A DNA stretch of 64,000 nt. It comes from Candidatus Woesearchaeota archaeon. Lineage in GTDB: Archaea > Nanobdellota > Nanobdellia > Pacearchaeales > GW2011-AR1. The notes below the pieces were generated by a model. It ran no database searches. It had not been told where the DNA came from and was given only the letters and a program-made list of their open reading frames with translations. The DNA lies in NCBI GenBank assembly GCA_964493885.1, contig CAZBPV010000004.1, positions 205-64,204 on the forward strand. The letters run 5' to 3'. Below are positions 54,976 through 64,000 of the stretch, in pieces (within the stretch, counting starts at the first letter, position 1; the number at the start of each line of letters is the position of its first letter). A program made the position numbers and the translations under genes.

Positions 54976-56118
54976 TTAAGATAATGGCGAGATTTTCCTG
55001 AGCCTTTCCACTGTTTTTTTAATTTCTTCAAGAGAATAATCAACATTTTCTTTTGTAGTATATTTGCTTATGCTTATTCTTACTGAACTGTTTGTCTTAA
55101 GAGCACTTAATCCTAATGCAATTAAAACATGGCTGGGTTCAAGAGATTTTGATGAGCATGCACTCCCTGTAGATGTATAAATCTCTTTGGCATTTAAAAA
55201 ACTTCCAATTGCTTCCCCTTCTATATTATTAAAAGAGACATTTATATTATTGCACAGTCTATCTTCTCCTTCAGCCCCATTTAGTGTTGTATTTGGGATT
55301 TTCAGAAGCTCATCAATAAAATAATCTCTTAATTTTTTCATGTTTTTAATATCACTCCATGAAGATATCTTAACAGCTTTGGCAAATCCAATAATTCCAG
55401 GAACATTCTCAGTAGAGCTTCTTAATTTGAATTCTTGCCCCCCTCCATGAAGAAGAGGAGTTATTGCTATGCCTTTTCTTATATACAATGCTCCAATTCC
55501 TTTTGGCCCGTGAATTTTATGGGCATTTAGTGTCATCAAATCAATATTGTCTTTATTCACATTTATAGGAACTTTTGTAAAACTCTGACAAGCATCTGTA
55601 TGAAATAAAACATTTTTTTCCCTGCAGATTTTTCCAATCTCTCTTAGGTTTTGAATTGTTCCTATCTCATTATTCCCATGAATAACTGAAACTAAAATAG
55701 TTTGATTAGTAATTGCTCTTTCAATATCTACTGGATTAACAAAACCCTTGTCATCAACATCAAGATAAGTTACTTCAGCACCTTGTGTTTCAAGCCATTT
55801 GCATGCATTTAATACACAATCATGTTCAATTTTAGTAGTAATTATATGATTCTTTTTAGGATAATTGCTGAAAAATAATCCTTTTACTGCAAGATTATTT
55901 GCTTCTGTTCCGCTTCCAGTAAATATTAGTTCATTATATCTAGCCCCAATGCTTTTTGCAATATACGCTCTGGCTTCTTCAAGATTTCTTCTTGCATCTT
56001 CACCTTTTAAATGAACTGAAGAAGCATTCCCATATTTTTGATTATAAAATGGAATCATTGCTTCTATAACCTTGTCATCTACTTTTGTTGTTGCAGCATT
56101 ATCTAGATAGATTTCCAT
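54976..56118 (-). CDS. iscS: cysteine desulfurase (IscS/NifS class)
   Basis: Start set at MEIYLDNAATT (ATG 56116-56118, overlapping the arsR stop by 1 nt), PLP-Lys context LNAHKIHGPKG, SSGSAC-like TGSACS active-site loop. Confidence 0.85.
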   Translation of the reverse strand: MEIYLDNAATTKVDDKVIEAMIPFYNQKYGNASSVHLKGEDARRNLEEARAYIAKSIGARYNELIFTGSGTEANNLAVKGLFFSNYPKKNHIITTKIEHDCVLNACKWLETQGAEVTYLDVDDKGFVNPVDIERAITNQTILVSVIHGNNEIGTIQNLREIGKICREKNVLFHTDACQSFTKVPINVNKDNIDLMTLNAHKIHGPKGIGALYIRKGIAITPLLHGGGQEFKLRSSTENVPGIIGFAKAVKISSWSDIKNMKKLRDYFIDELLKIPNTTLNGAEGEDRLCNNINVSFNNIEGEAIGSFLNAKEIYTSTGSACSSKSLEPSHVLIALGLSALKTNSSVRISISKYTTKENVDYSLEEIKKTVERLRKISPLS

Positions 56119-56423
56119 TATTTCATCCTGCATGCAGTGCACTCTCTGCAATGCACTCTTGCGTGTTTATCTATAATTTTTAAAATTGGAATTATAGTCT
56201 TTTTATTTAAAAAATAAACTCTTTGCTTTCCTTTTTGCTTAACTTCAACTATGTTGCAGCATCGCAAGGATGCTAGAGAATGAGAAATCTTACTCTGTTC
56301 TACTTTAAGTTCCTTTGAAATCTGTGTGACATTTTTTTCTTTATTTTTAAGACTTAAGATTATATTTACTCTTAAGGGATTTGCCAAATTATTAAAGAAG
56401 ATATGATATGTACTATCTTTCAT
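56118..56423 (-). CDS. arsR: ArsR/SmtB-family transcriptional regulator
   Basis: LANPLRVNIILSL...NVTQISKELKVEQSKISHSLASL wHTH. C-terminal Cys-rich tail HCRECTACR. Confidence 0.8.
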   Translation of the reverse strand: MKDSTYHIFFNNLANPLRVNIILSLKNKEKNVTQISKELKVEQSKISHSLASLRCCNIVEVKQKGKQRVYFLNKKTIIPILKIIDKHARVHCRECTACRMK

Positions 56424-56443
56424 ATGAAATATACTTCATATGT

Positions 56444-56451
56444 ATTTATAA
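56444..56451 (-). promoter_or_regulatory. TATA-like box TTTATAAG upstream of arsR
   Basis: Lies 21-28 nt upstream of the ATG at 56423 (leaderless spacing). Confidence 0.35.
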
Positions 56452-56457
56452 GCTTTA

Positions 56458-59268
56458 TTATTTCTTAGAAGCAGTATTTAATCTTGCTGTAACTTTCTTT
56501 ACTAATTTCATTTCCTTTAAGTCATCTCTTTTAAAGTAGACTATCCCTACTAATATTACAAGCATTATTGCTCCAAAGACAATCCAGAATATTATCTTCC
56601 CTGTTTTTCCCAGCTTGTTTATTAACCCAAGGATACTTGCTCCTGTTCCACTTCCTGTTTGATCTTCATTTTCATTAATTTCTGATGCAGTATCATTCCC
56701 AACAGCAGAGGTAGTTTGAATGTCTCTTGTAGGCACTGCTTCACTAATCTCTTTTAAGAATAGTTTTCCAAGAGTGCTTTTGTATTCTTCATATTTTAAT
56801 TCTAAATCATACACATTGTCAGAATCCAAATCTTCTTTTTTTGTCTCCCCAATACTTAATTCTTCAGTTATAACTTTGCTTGAGATAGTTACTTTTATCT
56901 TCTGCTCAGTTAAGCTATCTACTAAAAGAGAGTGAGATTTTCCATTAATATTAAATTTTAAAATATATCCAGCTTTTACAAATTTACCTATTCCTTTTAC
57001 AATATCTGCATCTGAAATCTGCAAGACTGGTTTAGTAGTTAAGTCATCTGTTGTACTCTCCTCCTCCTCATCCTCGTCAGAACTTGAAGAAACACTTAAT
57101 GTTATTTCGCTAGAGGTTCCGTAATTTCCAGCAGAATCATAACATTCTATTTCCCAATCATAATCTCCTGCAGACATTGTTTTTGTTATTGTATTTGTTG
57201 CATTTACTGTTATTGTAGTGTCTGTGCTTTCTATATCTTCATCAAGTATAAGACTGCAGTTTGCTATCGAGCTTCCATCAGTAACTGTAAATTTAAATGC
57301 GACACTTCCTGTATCAACTTCATCCTCATCATCAGGTTCACTCAATGTAATTACAGGAGCAACTGTATCAAATGTAATTGTATTATTTGAATCTGCATAA
57401 AGAATATTTAATTGACTATCATAAGAATAACAATTCCATAAATATTTTCCATTGCTTGAAAGATTGTAAGTGAAATTGCTTTGATTAGATACCCCTGAAA
57501 CACTTTCTGTGCTATTATAAACCAAGGTTCCTAGAGAATTCCAGATTTTTAATGTTGTATTTGTAAGATTAGCTACAGAATTCTGCACTGAACAACTAAA
57601 ACTAGTTAAATTTACTTTTTTGTAAGTATTATTGCTTGGAGAAGAAAGATTAACTGAAGTTGCTCCTATTTTTAAAGTATAATTTGAATCACTTCCATAA
57701 TCATTATTTCCTTTTGAATCATATGAAAGGCAGTTCCATTTGTAAGTCCCATTGCTTAAGCTCACATCTATTTCCCATTCAAGAGAATTATTTGTAGCAT
57801 TTACATTAGTTTCATCTATTAAATAATTACTTGAATTCCACAAATAAAATGTTAAATTTTCTAATTGCAATGCATCTTCAGCAGAGCAGATTAATGTCTG
57901 ATTTCCGCTGGCATTTAAATGATTATCACTAGGAGAAATTATAGTTACTTCAGGAGCAGATTCATCAATCTCTAATAATGTAGTGTAAATATCTATTCTT
58001 GAATAAGTAACCCCGCTTCCAGCATCATAAATTCTAAATCCTGAATCATTTAATGCATCTTCCATTTGGCTTGGAGTATATTCTGAACTGCCTTCTAATG
58101 CTCTGAACTGGCTGATTAATGCAATTGCCCCTGCTGCATGAGGTGTTGCCATTGAAGTTCCACTTAGCAACCCATATCCAGAAGGAATTGTTGAGTTTAT
58201 ATTCACTCCAGGAACAATTAATTGAACTAAAGAATTTCTTCTGTAATCAAAAGTTGAATCATCTTTTTGTATGCTTCCAATAGGAATTGCACTTTCAACA
58301 CATGCAGGTGCAGAGATGTATGTAGTGCTTGCAGGAGTATTTCCAGAAGCAATTACAACTGCAATGCCATTACTAACCGCATTATCTATTTCATCTGCTA
58401 AAGGGTCGCTATTGCAATAATCACTATTCTCACTAGCATCTCCCAGACTCATGCTTATTACAGAGATATTATACACAGATGCATTATCAACACACCAATC
58501 AATTCCTTCCGCTATGTCATCATCCCAAAAAGTACCTGTTGAATTTGAAGCTTTTATAACAACAAGATTTGCTCCAGGAGCAACTCCTTTTATGCTTCCA
58601 TTTGCAGCAGCAATTCCAGAAACATGTGTTCCATGATAATGAGCATCCATTGGATCTGAGTCAGTAGTATTGCACCAAATATTATCTGCGCAATAATCTA
58701 TTCCACCAATAACCTTGCATCCTGTTCCAAAGCATCCTCCTAAACTAGGATGACTATAATTTACCCCAGTATCTATAATACAAATTGTTTGTCCTATTCC
58801 AGTCAGATTTATTCCATTTAACTGCACATTCCATGTTTCATTAGCAGAAATCATGCCAACAGAATCCTGAAGAACAATCTCTCTTGTTCCAACAATATCA
58901 ATTGATTCAATATTAGAGTTGTTTTTTAATTCTTCAAGCTCTTCTTCAGAAACAATAGCAGAAACTTTATCATTAAACTCATGCCTTATATTAATAGATT
59001 CTTCAATTTCTGCCTTGACATCAGAGGCAATTCCTCTCTTACCTACAGCAGAATCCTTAAATTTAATATAAACTCTAACATTATTGCCTTTTTCTATTTC
59101 TTCTGTTACATCTTCACTAACTTGCACTCTAGCATCAGTGCCTTCTTTAATAATATACCCATTAATACTAGAATCATTATCTATTTTTTGAGCTATAAAA
59201 AAAGTCAGCAATAAAATTGCTAAAATGATAAATACACCACTTCTTTTCATGATTAAACTAAATTTCAT
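56458..59268 (-). CDS. second subtilisin-like (S8) serine protease with Ig-like repeats and C-terminal TM anchor
   Basis: IIDTGVNYSHP, HGTHVSGIAA, GTSMATPHAAG. Acidic linker DEDEEEE. C-terminal TM helix. Paralogue of 32230-35148. Confidence 0.85.
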   Translation of the reverse strand: MKFSLIMKRSGVFIILAILLLTFFIAQKIDNDSSINGYIIKEGTDARVQVSEDVTEEIEKGNNVRVYIKFKDSAVGKRGIASDVKAEIEESINIRHEFNDKVSAIVSEEELEELKNNSNIESIDIVGTREIVLQDSVGMISANETWNVQLNGINLTGIGQTICIIDTGVNYSHPSLGGCFGTGCKVIGGIDYCADNIWCNTTDSDPMDAHYHGTHVSGIAAANGSIKGVAPGANLVVIKASNSTGTFWDDDIAEGIDWCVDNASVYNISVISMSLGDASENSDYCNSDPLADEIDNAVSNGIAVVIASGNTPASTTYISAPACVESAIPIGSIQKDDSTFDYRRNSLVQLIVPGVNINSTIPSGYGLLSGTSMATPHAAGAIALISQFRALEGSSEYTPSQMEDALNDSGFRIYDAGSGVTYSRIDIYTTLLEIDESAPEVTIISPSDNHLNASGNQTLICSAEDALQLENLTFYLWNSSNYLIDETNVNATNNSLEWEIDVSLSNGTYKWNCLSYDSKGNNDYGSDSNYTLKIGATSVNLSSPSNNTYKKVNLTSFSCSVQNSVANLTNTTLKIWNSLGTLVYNSTESVSGVSNQSNFTYNLSSNGKYLWNCYSYDSQLNILYADSNNTITFDTVAPVITLSEPDDEDEVDTGSVAFKFTVTDGSSIANCSLILDEDIESTDTTITVNATNTITKTMSAGDYDWEIECYDSAGNYGTSSEITLSVSSSSDEDEEEESTTDDLTTKPVLQISDADIVKGIGKFVKAGYILKFNINGKSHSLLVDSLTEQKIKVTISSKVITEELSIGETKKEDLDSDNVYDLELKYEEYKSTLGKLFLKEISEAVPTRDIQTTSAVGNDTASEINENEDQTGSGTGASILGLINKLGKTGKIIFWIVFGAIMLVILVGIVYFKRDDLKEMKLVKKVTARLNTASKK

Positions 59269-59325
59269 ATCTTCTTAAATATTTTTATTATACATTTATA
59301 TACTAAAAATTGCCTTTTAAGGTTT

Positions 59326-59661
59326 ATGAGAATCAAAATTAAGAACAAAGAAATTGAAATAATTGCCAAAAAGTGCAATTCTCTTCGGAAAATCACTGGA
59401 TTAATGTTTAGAACAAGCAAAACAGAGCCATTATTATTTGAATTTAATAATTCCTGCCAGGCAATTCATTCTTTTTTTGTGTTTTTTCCATTTTATGCAA
59501 TATGGCTGGATAAAGATAATAAACTAATTGAAATAAAAAAAGTAAAACCTTTTACATTCCATGTCAAGCCAAGCAAGCCATTTTCAAAATTATTAGAAAT
59601 TCCTGTAAATGAGAAATATGCTGAGATTATTACAACCCTAAGCAACTCTTATAAGACATAA
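59326..59661 (+). CDS. DUF192-like protein
   Basis: GLMFR...AIHSFFVFFPFYAIWLDKDNKLIEI pattern. Confidence 0.5.
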   Translation: MRIKIKNKEIEIIAKKCNSLRKITGLMFRTSKTEPLLFEFNNSCQAIHSFFVFFPFYAIWLDKDNKLIEIKKVKPFTFHVKPSKPFSKLLEIPVNEKYAEIITTLSNSYKT

Positions 59662-60136
59662 TACTTTTATATTTCCACAAAGCACTTACTTTCGAGATTA
59701 AAAGGTTACTTCCAAAATCCCCTCTTCTTTTTGAATCTTGAATTATAAAGCAAAAATTATTTCCATCAAATTTTGAAAGATACTGGGAGTGCATGGCCAT
59801 GCTTATATCAACATTTTCATCAAAACCTTCTTTAATATTCCCTTTTGTAATAATATAGTCTCTTTGCCATACTCTTTCCCCAGAATCACTATTATAAAAT
59901 CTTAGTAATAATCTTGCATCTTTAGGAAGTTTTTGAATAATTTCATTTCTTGGTATTAAATCTATAAATCTCTGGAAATCTTCTTGTGTTGCAGGTTCAT
60001 ATACAATCGGTTGATATACTGCATTAGTACTACCTGAAGTAAACTGGTTTTTTGGGTGATAATTTGAATAAATAGCAATTGCTATTAAAATAACTATTGT
60101 CAACACCAAGGCAATTTTATATTCTTTATTTTTCAT
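59630..60136 (-). CDS. hypothetical membrane-anchored protein
   Basis: Track ORF trimmed to MKNKEYKIALVL (ATG 60134-60136), because the upstream 42 codons run through tRNA-Trp and its repeat. Confidence 0.45.
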   Translation of the reverse strand: MKNKEYKIALVLTIVILIAIAIYSNYHPKNQFTSGSTNAVYQPIVYEPATQEDFQRFIDLIPRNEIIQKLPKDARLLLRFYNSDSGERVWQRDYIITKGNIKEGFDENVDISMAMHSQYLSKFDGNNFCFIIQDSKRRGDFGSNLLISKVSALWKYKSIMSYKSCLGL

Positions 60137-60202
60137 AAAATGGACGCGGAGTTTTAAAATAAATTCTTCAATCCACGCCTCTCTGCAAAAAATGGACGCG
60201 GA
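60137..60202. repeat. 15-nt exact direct repeat (60137-60151 and 60188-60202) duplicating the tRNA-Trp 3' end plus T-run
   Basis: AAAATGGACGCGGAG occurs twice on the + strand, with a 36-nt spacer. Confidence 0.8.
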
Positions 60203-60264
60203 GGGAATCGAACCCTCTTCTTCTGGGCTGGAGCCAGATATTACTGCCAGTGAACTACGCATCC
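60193..60264 (-). tRNA. tRNA-Trp (anticodon CCA), weak D-stem
   Basis: GGATGCG..TCTGG-CTCCAGC-CCAGA-AGAA-GAGGG-TTCGATT-CCCTC-CGCGTCC-A. The D stem has only 3 pairs. Confidence 0.8.
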
Positions 60265-61317
60265 GTCAATGAATTCACAGATTTTGCCTAATTCTGTTTC
60301 ATCAAGTATAATAATCCTGTTTTTATTAATTAAAAACTTATCTTTTCTGGGTTTATTTCTGCAAATTAACACTCCCAAACAACAACCACTATCCTCAAGA
60401 TATTTGTTTAATTGTTTTATCTGAGAGTTTGAAATATCTTTACTTTGATAATCTTTGATTTCTATTACTGCTTTTTTGCCTTTTCTTTCCAGGATAATAT
60501 CCGCAATCCCCCTTCTTGTTTTAACCAATCTATTTACCTTCCCATAGCTCGTTAATTTAATCGCAATTTCTGATTCAAAATCCTTTGCTCTTTTTCGAAT
60601 CTCTTTTAAACCAACCCCGTATAACTTTAATCTTTCAAAAGGGAAGTTTATTCCTGCTTTTTTATAGGCTTCAAATATCCCTTTTTTAAATAAATCCTGA
60701 ACATGAGTCTTACATGATAAGTTTATTTCTCTTTGAGTTGCTAAAGGATTTTGTTTAATAAAATTTAAGACATCTCTTTGTTTTTTTATTCTCCATTTTT
60801 TGCTTCCATTAATTTTTTCTATTCCAGCCCTTCTATAAATTTCATCTACATTCTTAAAAAATTTATATGGATTAACATGCAATTTTTCCATTATCTCTGG
60901 GATCGTTATAATTGGATTTTCTCTAACCAGTTTTATAATCAAATTTATTTTTTCTTTTTTTGTTCTTTTATCTATCCTTCTAGGATATTTTATTCCAGCT
61001 TTTTCATAAGCCTCCTTTATACTTTTAAAAACATTTGAAGGATTTATTTTAGTCTTTTTAGCAATTGTATGCCCTCCTGCTTTGGGATTTTTTTTAATAT
61101 AATCAATAACTATTTTTCTCCTTTCATCTTTTGTTTTTCTTTCAAAATTTCTTGGACTTTTTATTCCAGCTTCTTCAAATGCTTCTTTAAGCCCTTTTTT
61201 GAAAATCCTTTCTGGGTGCAGTTTAGTCCCTTTTCTAATTTCATTATAGGTTGCTTCTGGATTTTTCCTAAGATAATTAAAAACAATACTTCTTTTATCA
61301 GAATCAGTTTTCTTCAT
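60241..61317 (-). CDS. four tandem ~57-aa HTH-like repeats fused to a C-terminal PD-(D/E)xK (Hjc/Mrr-type) nuclease domain
   Basis: The repeat pattern I..YIKKNP......I.K.TK..P...FK.I.EAY.KAGI occurs four times (nt 60610-61290). The C-terminal FESEI...GIADIIL...AVIEIKD...GVLI is a canonical nuclease core. The last 8 codons overlap the tRNA-Trp 5' end. Confidence 0.55.
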   Translation of the reverse strand: MKKTDSDKRSIVFNYLRKNPEATYNEIRKGTKLHPERIFKKGLKEAFEEAGIKSPRNFERKTKDERRKIVIDYIKKNPKAGGHTIAKKTKINPSNVFKSIKEAYEKAGIKYPRRIDKRTKKEKINLIIKLVRENPIITIPEIMEKLHVNPYKFFKNVDEIYRRAGIEKINGSKKWRIKKQRDVLNFIKQNPLATQREINLSCKTHVQDLFKKGIFEAYKKAGINFPFERLKLYGVGLKEIRKRAKDFESEIAIKLTSYGKVNRLVKTRRGIADIILERKGKKAVIEIKDYQSKDISNSQIKQLNKYLEDSGCCLGVLICRNKPRKDKFLINKNRIIILDETELGKICEFIDGCVVHWQ

Positions 61318-61371
61318 GATAAATAGAAATAACGGGTATATTTATACTTTTCCGTTAAACAGTAAAACCAA

Positions 61372-62055
61372 CTATTTTATTGCCTTTATCTCTCTGATTT
61401 CATCTTCAGATATAGCGCATCCCTTGAATTTTAAGGCATATAAAAGAGCATCAAGAACTGTCTTACCATCTTTAACTTCTATTAATCCCTTTTTCCATGC
61501 AACATACATTAACTCAGTTGAACGAATAAATCTGAATCCCCTAAAATACTTAAAATCCTTTTTTTCAATCTTTACTGATGTACTTAATTTTTTTGTAAGA
61601 AGGTCTTTTAAATTCTCAGGTTTTTCACCTAGCATCCTTGTAGTTCTTTCATCAATTGCAATTACATGAGGCACTTTTTTATTTAATAGTAGTCTGCTCA
61701 GTGCCAGGCAAGAAGCTTCTCCATCATGTATTATTGTTATATGTTCTCCATTGCCTTTAAACATAGTATTTGCAATGTTACTCATAGAATTCTTTTCAAT
61801 ACTTATCTCACTCTCTTGTATTCCCAAAGAATCTGGCATTTCCAAAACCTTCATATCAAGTAATCTCTTTATTCTTAATGCTTCAAGTTCAAACCTTTTT
61901 ACAGTTAATGGCTTGTCAATTACTTCATATTTTACTTCTTTTGTTACAATAAATTTTTCATCAAAAACTTTTTTTAATTTTTCAAGTTCTTCCACAAGCC
62001 CGTTCATAGACAAACTAATTAGTGTGCTTGAATCAAATAAAATTGCGCCTTCCAT
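61372..62055 (-). CDS. PIN-domain protein (DUF3368-like) with C-terminal extension
   Basis: Acidic PIN positions in ILFDSSTLISL, KEVKYEV, HDGEASCLA, AIDERT. The start overlaps the upstream stop (TAATG). Confidence 0.55.
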   Translation of the reverse strand: MEGAILFDSSTLISLSMNGLVEELEKLKKVFDEKFIVTKEVKYEVIDKPLTVKRFELEALRIKRLLDMKVLEMPDSLGIQESEISIEKNSMSNIANTMFKGNGEHITIIHDGEASCLALSRLLLNKKVPHVIAIDERTTRMLGEKPENLKDLLTKKLSTSVKIEKKDFKYFRGFRFIRSTELMYVAWKKGLIEVKDGKTVLDALLYALKFKGCAISEDEIREIKAIK

Positions 62056-62498
62056 TATATCCTCTTTTGAACTGATTTTAGATATTCTTTATTTTTAGTT
62101 CGCAAATATTTAAACATAAAGTCTGTTACCATCTGGCACTCTCTTTTTATTTTTTCTTGATGATTGTATTTGTCCTTGGCAAAATGTCCAGGAGAATTAA
62201 AACTTTTTTCAATACCCTCATTATATCCTCCTGAGATTATCTTAACATTCTTAGAGGCCTTGATTTCCCTGCCTTTTTCATATTTGTAATAATAAATAGT
62301 AATCAAGACAATTTTTTTATTAACTAAAACTATTTCATAATATGCTTTTTTTAATTTATCAGAATAAACCTCAATATCAATGTCAGAAAAATTCTTAAGT
62401 GGTTTAGTTGCAGTTGAACCTCTGATTAATATTACTTTTCCTTTCCCGATTTTTTTGATGTATTCTAAAACCTGCTCTTTATTTTTGAAAGTTTTCAT
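62055..62498 (-). CDS. minimal nucleotidyltransferase (Pol-beta superfamily)
   Basis: IRGSTATKPLKNFSDIDIEV matches the hG[GS]x9-13DhDh motif. 4-nt overlap (ATGA) with the upstream gene. Confidence 0.6.
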   Translation of the reverse strand: MKTFKNKEQVLEYIKKIGKGKVILIRGSTATKPLKNFSDIDIEVYSDKLKKAYYEIVLVNKKIVLITIYYYKYEKGREIKASKNVKIISGGYNEGIEKSFNSPGHFAKDKYNHQEKIKRECQMVTDFMFKYLRTKNKEYLKSVQKRI

Positions 62499-63055
62499 TC
62501 AAACATCTCCATTGCCAGTTTAACTCTTGCCTTGGCGTCCATTGTCTGCGATACTGGAACATCACTAATTCCTGTCTTTCCCGCATAATCTGCTAATTCA
62601 TACATTGTAATCCCAAGAAGCTTGGCAGTCTGTTCCATAGAAATACCGTGTTCATAAATTCTTGAAGCCTTGTTAATCTCTGCGCTTCTAAAAACTTCTT
62701 GAATATACTTTTTTAATTTTCCAGAAATTTTGTTTATTGCTTTCCTTACCATCTCAAAATCACTTCTAAATGATTTTTCATCATTTTTTTTAATATCTTC
62801 AATTGCTCTATCAAGCGAAGTTAAAACAAGTCTGTAAAAACTACTCCAGCCATTAAGTTCTCTGTAATCTTTTCTCTCCATTATTTTACTAAGAGAGTAT
62901 ACAATTACTGCAACAGTAATATTGTCTGGGTCTTGAGTAAGTGAAGCAGTATTAGTTGTCTGGTTACTCAACAATTTTATTCTAGAAGAATCGTCATTTT
63001 TTATTGCTTCCTTTGTTTCTTCAAGAATTCTTAATATGTTTTCTCTTTCCTTCAT
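62495..63055 (-). CDS. helical protein with C-terminal UPF0175-like HTH (putative antitoxin/regulator)
   Basis: The C-terminal GISMEQTAKLLGITMYELADYAGKTGI resembles UPF0175 antitoxin HTH. First gene of the coupled operon. Confidence 0.4.
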   Translation of the reverse strand: MKERENILRILEETKEAIKNDDSSRIKLLSNQTTNTASLTQDPDNITVAVIVYSLSKIMERKDYRELNGWSSFYRLVLTSLDRAIEDIKKNDEKSFRSDFEMVRKAINKISGKLKKYIQEVFRSAEINKASRIYEHGISMEQTAKLLGITMYELADYAGKTGISDVPVSQTMDAKARVKLAMEMFE

Positions 63056-63169
63056 TTGGATTCCTTTAGGAAGACGAATGAGCTAAAAATCTCGCAAGAG
63101 ATGTTTTTTGTCTCATCTGATTCCTATTTTTATTAAGAAAAAAGATTATTTAAAGGTTAATATTGTAAT

Positions 63170-63550
63170 ATGATAATGACAAAGAATGTTTTACTTGATA
63201 CAAGTTTTATTCTAATGGCAATTAGGAGTAATATTGATTTTATAGAGGAGATAAAATTCTTAGGACTTACTATGTTAGTTCCAACTCAAGTCATTGATGA
63301 AATAAAGGGAATTGTAAAATCAAAAAAGAAACTTAAATTTAGAGATGAAGCAGCTCTTGCATTAAGGATAGTTGATATCCCAAGTTTGTCTAAAGTCCAT
63401 CTTAAAAGTAAAAATGTTGATAATGGAATTGTACTTTTTGCTAAGGAGAATAAGGATGTGATTGTTGCGACTATGGATAAGGAACTTAAATCTAGGATTA
63501 AAAATCAGAAACTTATTGTCAGGGCTGGGAAAAAACTGGAGATTTTATAA
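63170..63550 (+). CDS. PIN-domain protein, Fcf1/VapC-like
   Basis: LLDTSFIL, VPTQVIDEI, DNGIVLFA, VATMDKELK are the acidic PIN positions. Confidence 0.6.
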   Translation: MIMTKNVLLDTSFILMAIRSNIDFIEEIKFLGLTMLVPTQVIDEIKGIVKSKKKLKFRDEAALALRIVDIPSLSKVHLKSKNVDNGIVLFAKENKDVIVATMDKELKSRIKNQKLIVRAGKKLEIL

Positions 63551-63587
63551 CAATAATCTTTATATATTTGCTAAATGAGTTTTCTTT

Positions 63588-64000
63588 ATGGGAGATCTTG
63601 GAAATCTTTTGAAGAGGACTACAATCCCCTTCGAAAAACCTTTAACAGAAGAAGGAATAAAAAAACTGTTTAATTATCTTGCTGATAAAAATCAGGGAAC
63701 TATAAGATATATAATTGAAAAAAAAGCAATAATTTCTTTTGAACCTGAACTTACTGAAAAACAAGAATATATTACTGAACTTCGTGGTTCAATTTGTTCA
63801 AACAAAAATCCTATGAGAAGTGCTTTTACAACTATTAGAGAGCCATTAAGAGAAGAACATAATTGTTTTATAGATAATTTTAATTTTTTTTATGGATTAA
63901 GATTTGATGCAGCAGGATATGATCGTGAAGAAGAAGTTCCAAGGCATGATTTAGAAATGATTAATGAAGTAAGGCAAACAACTAAAGAATTCTTTGAATT
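63588..64000 (+). CDS. hypothetical protein, N-terminal part (runs off the window end)
   Basis: Own translation from the ATG at 63588 stays open to the window edge (MGDLGNLLKRTTIPFEKPLTEEG...). No family recognised. Confidence 0.3.
   Translation, partial: MGDLGNLLKRTTIPFEKPLTEEGIKKLFNYLADKNQGTIRYIIEKKAIISFEPELTEKQEYITELRGSICSNKNPMRSAFTTIREPLREEHNCFIDNFNFFYGLRFDAAGYDREEEVPRHDLEMINEVRQTTKEFFE

Noticed and set aside
60137-60262. N-terminal 42 codons of track ORF 59630-60262.
   Set aside because: They run through tRNA-Trp and its 3' repeat. The hydrophobic signal-anchor begins right after Met43 (ATG 60134-60136).

Overview
Visibly AT-rich archaeal chromosome segment. The gene content suggests a small-genome, DPANN-like archaeon, but that is an inference and no database search was possible. 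The backbone is informational and housekeeping genes: argS, ileS, a MiaB-like methylthiotransferase, Dus, dph5, dtdA, rnhB, smc, dnaG, a PriS-like primase, and the classical archaeal cluster rpoH-rpoB-rpoA ... nusA-rps12-rps7-fusA-tuf. There is also an nrdR-mazG-nrdD-nrdG-trx operon, an ArsR/IscS/ArsM/IscU cluster and five tRNA genes. No rRNA genes or CRISPR arrays were seen.

Notable points:
1. There are two LAGLIDADG inteins. One sits in the SMC Walker A loop and one in NrdD.
2. NrdD appears naturally split. Its glycyl-radical motif lies on a separate 44-aa ORF with its own Shine-Dalgarno.
3. rpoA is a single fused ORF rather than A'/A''.
4. A ~5.6 kb accessory block is inserted between rpoA and nusA, where rpl30e normally sits. 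It holds an S8 protease with a translationally coupled RHH ORF, a secreted protein and a DUF4258/DUF2283-like pair.
5. Three of the five tRNA genes (Leu, Lys, Trp) are flanked by exact direct repeats of their own termini, with short structured or tRNA-like spacers.
6. Next to tRNA-Trp is a translationally coupled HTH / minimal NTase / PIN operon, followed by a 4x HTH-repeat plus PD-(D/E)xK nuclease. This is a candidate novel toxin-antitoxin or defence module.
7. A bacterial-type NrdR is present, with one NrdR-box-like palindrome over its own promoter.
8. An ADP-ribosyltransferase-like ORF lies next to dph5.
9. A Cys-rich secreted peptide lies next to a membrane-anchored wHTH protein.

Most short ORFs in the six-frame track that lie antisense to long genes are shadow ORFs.
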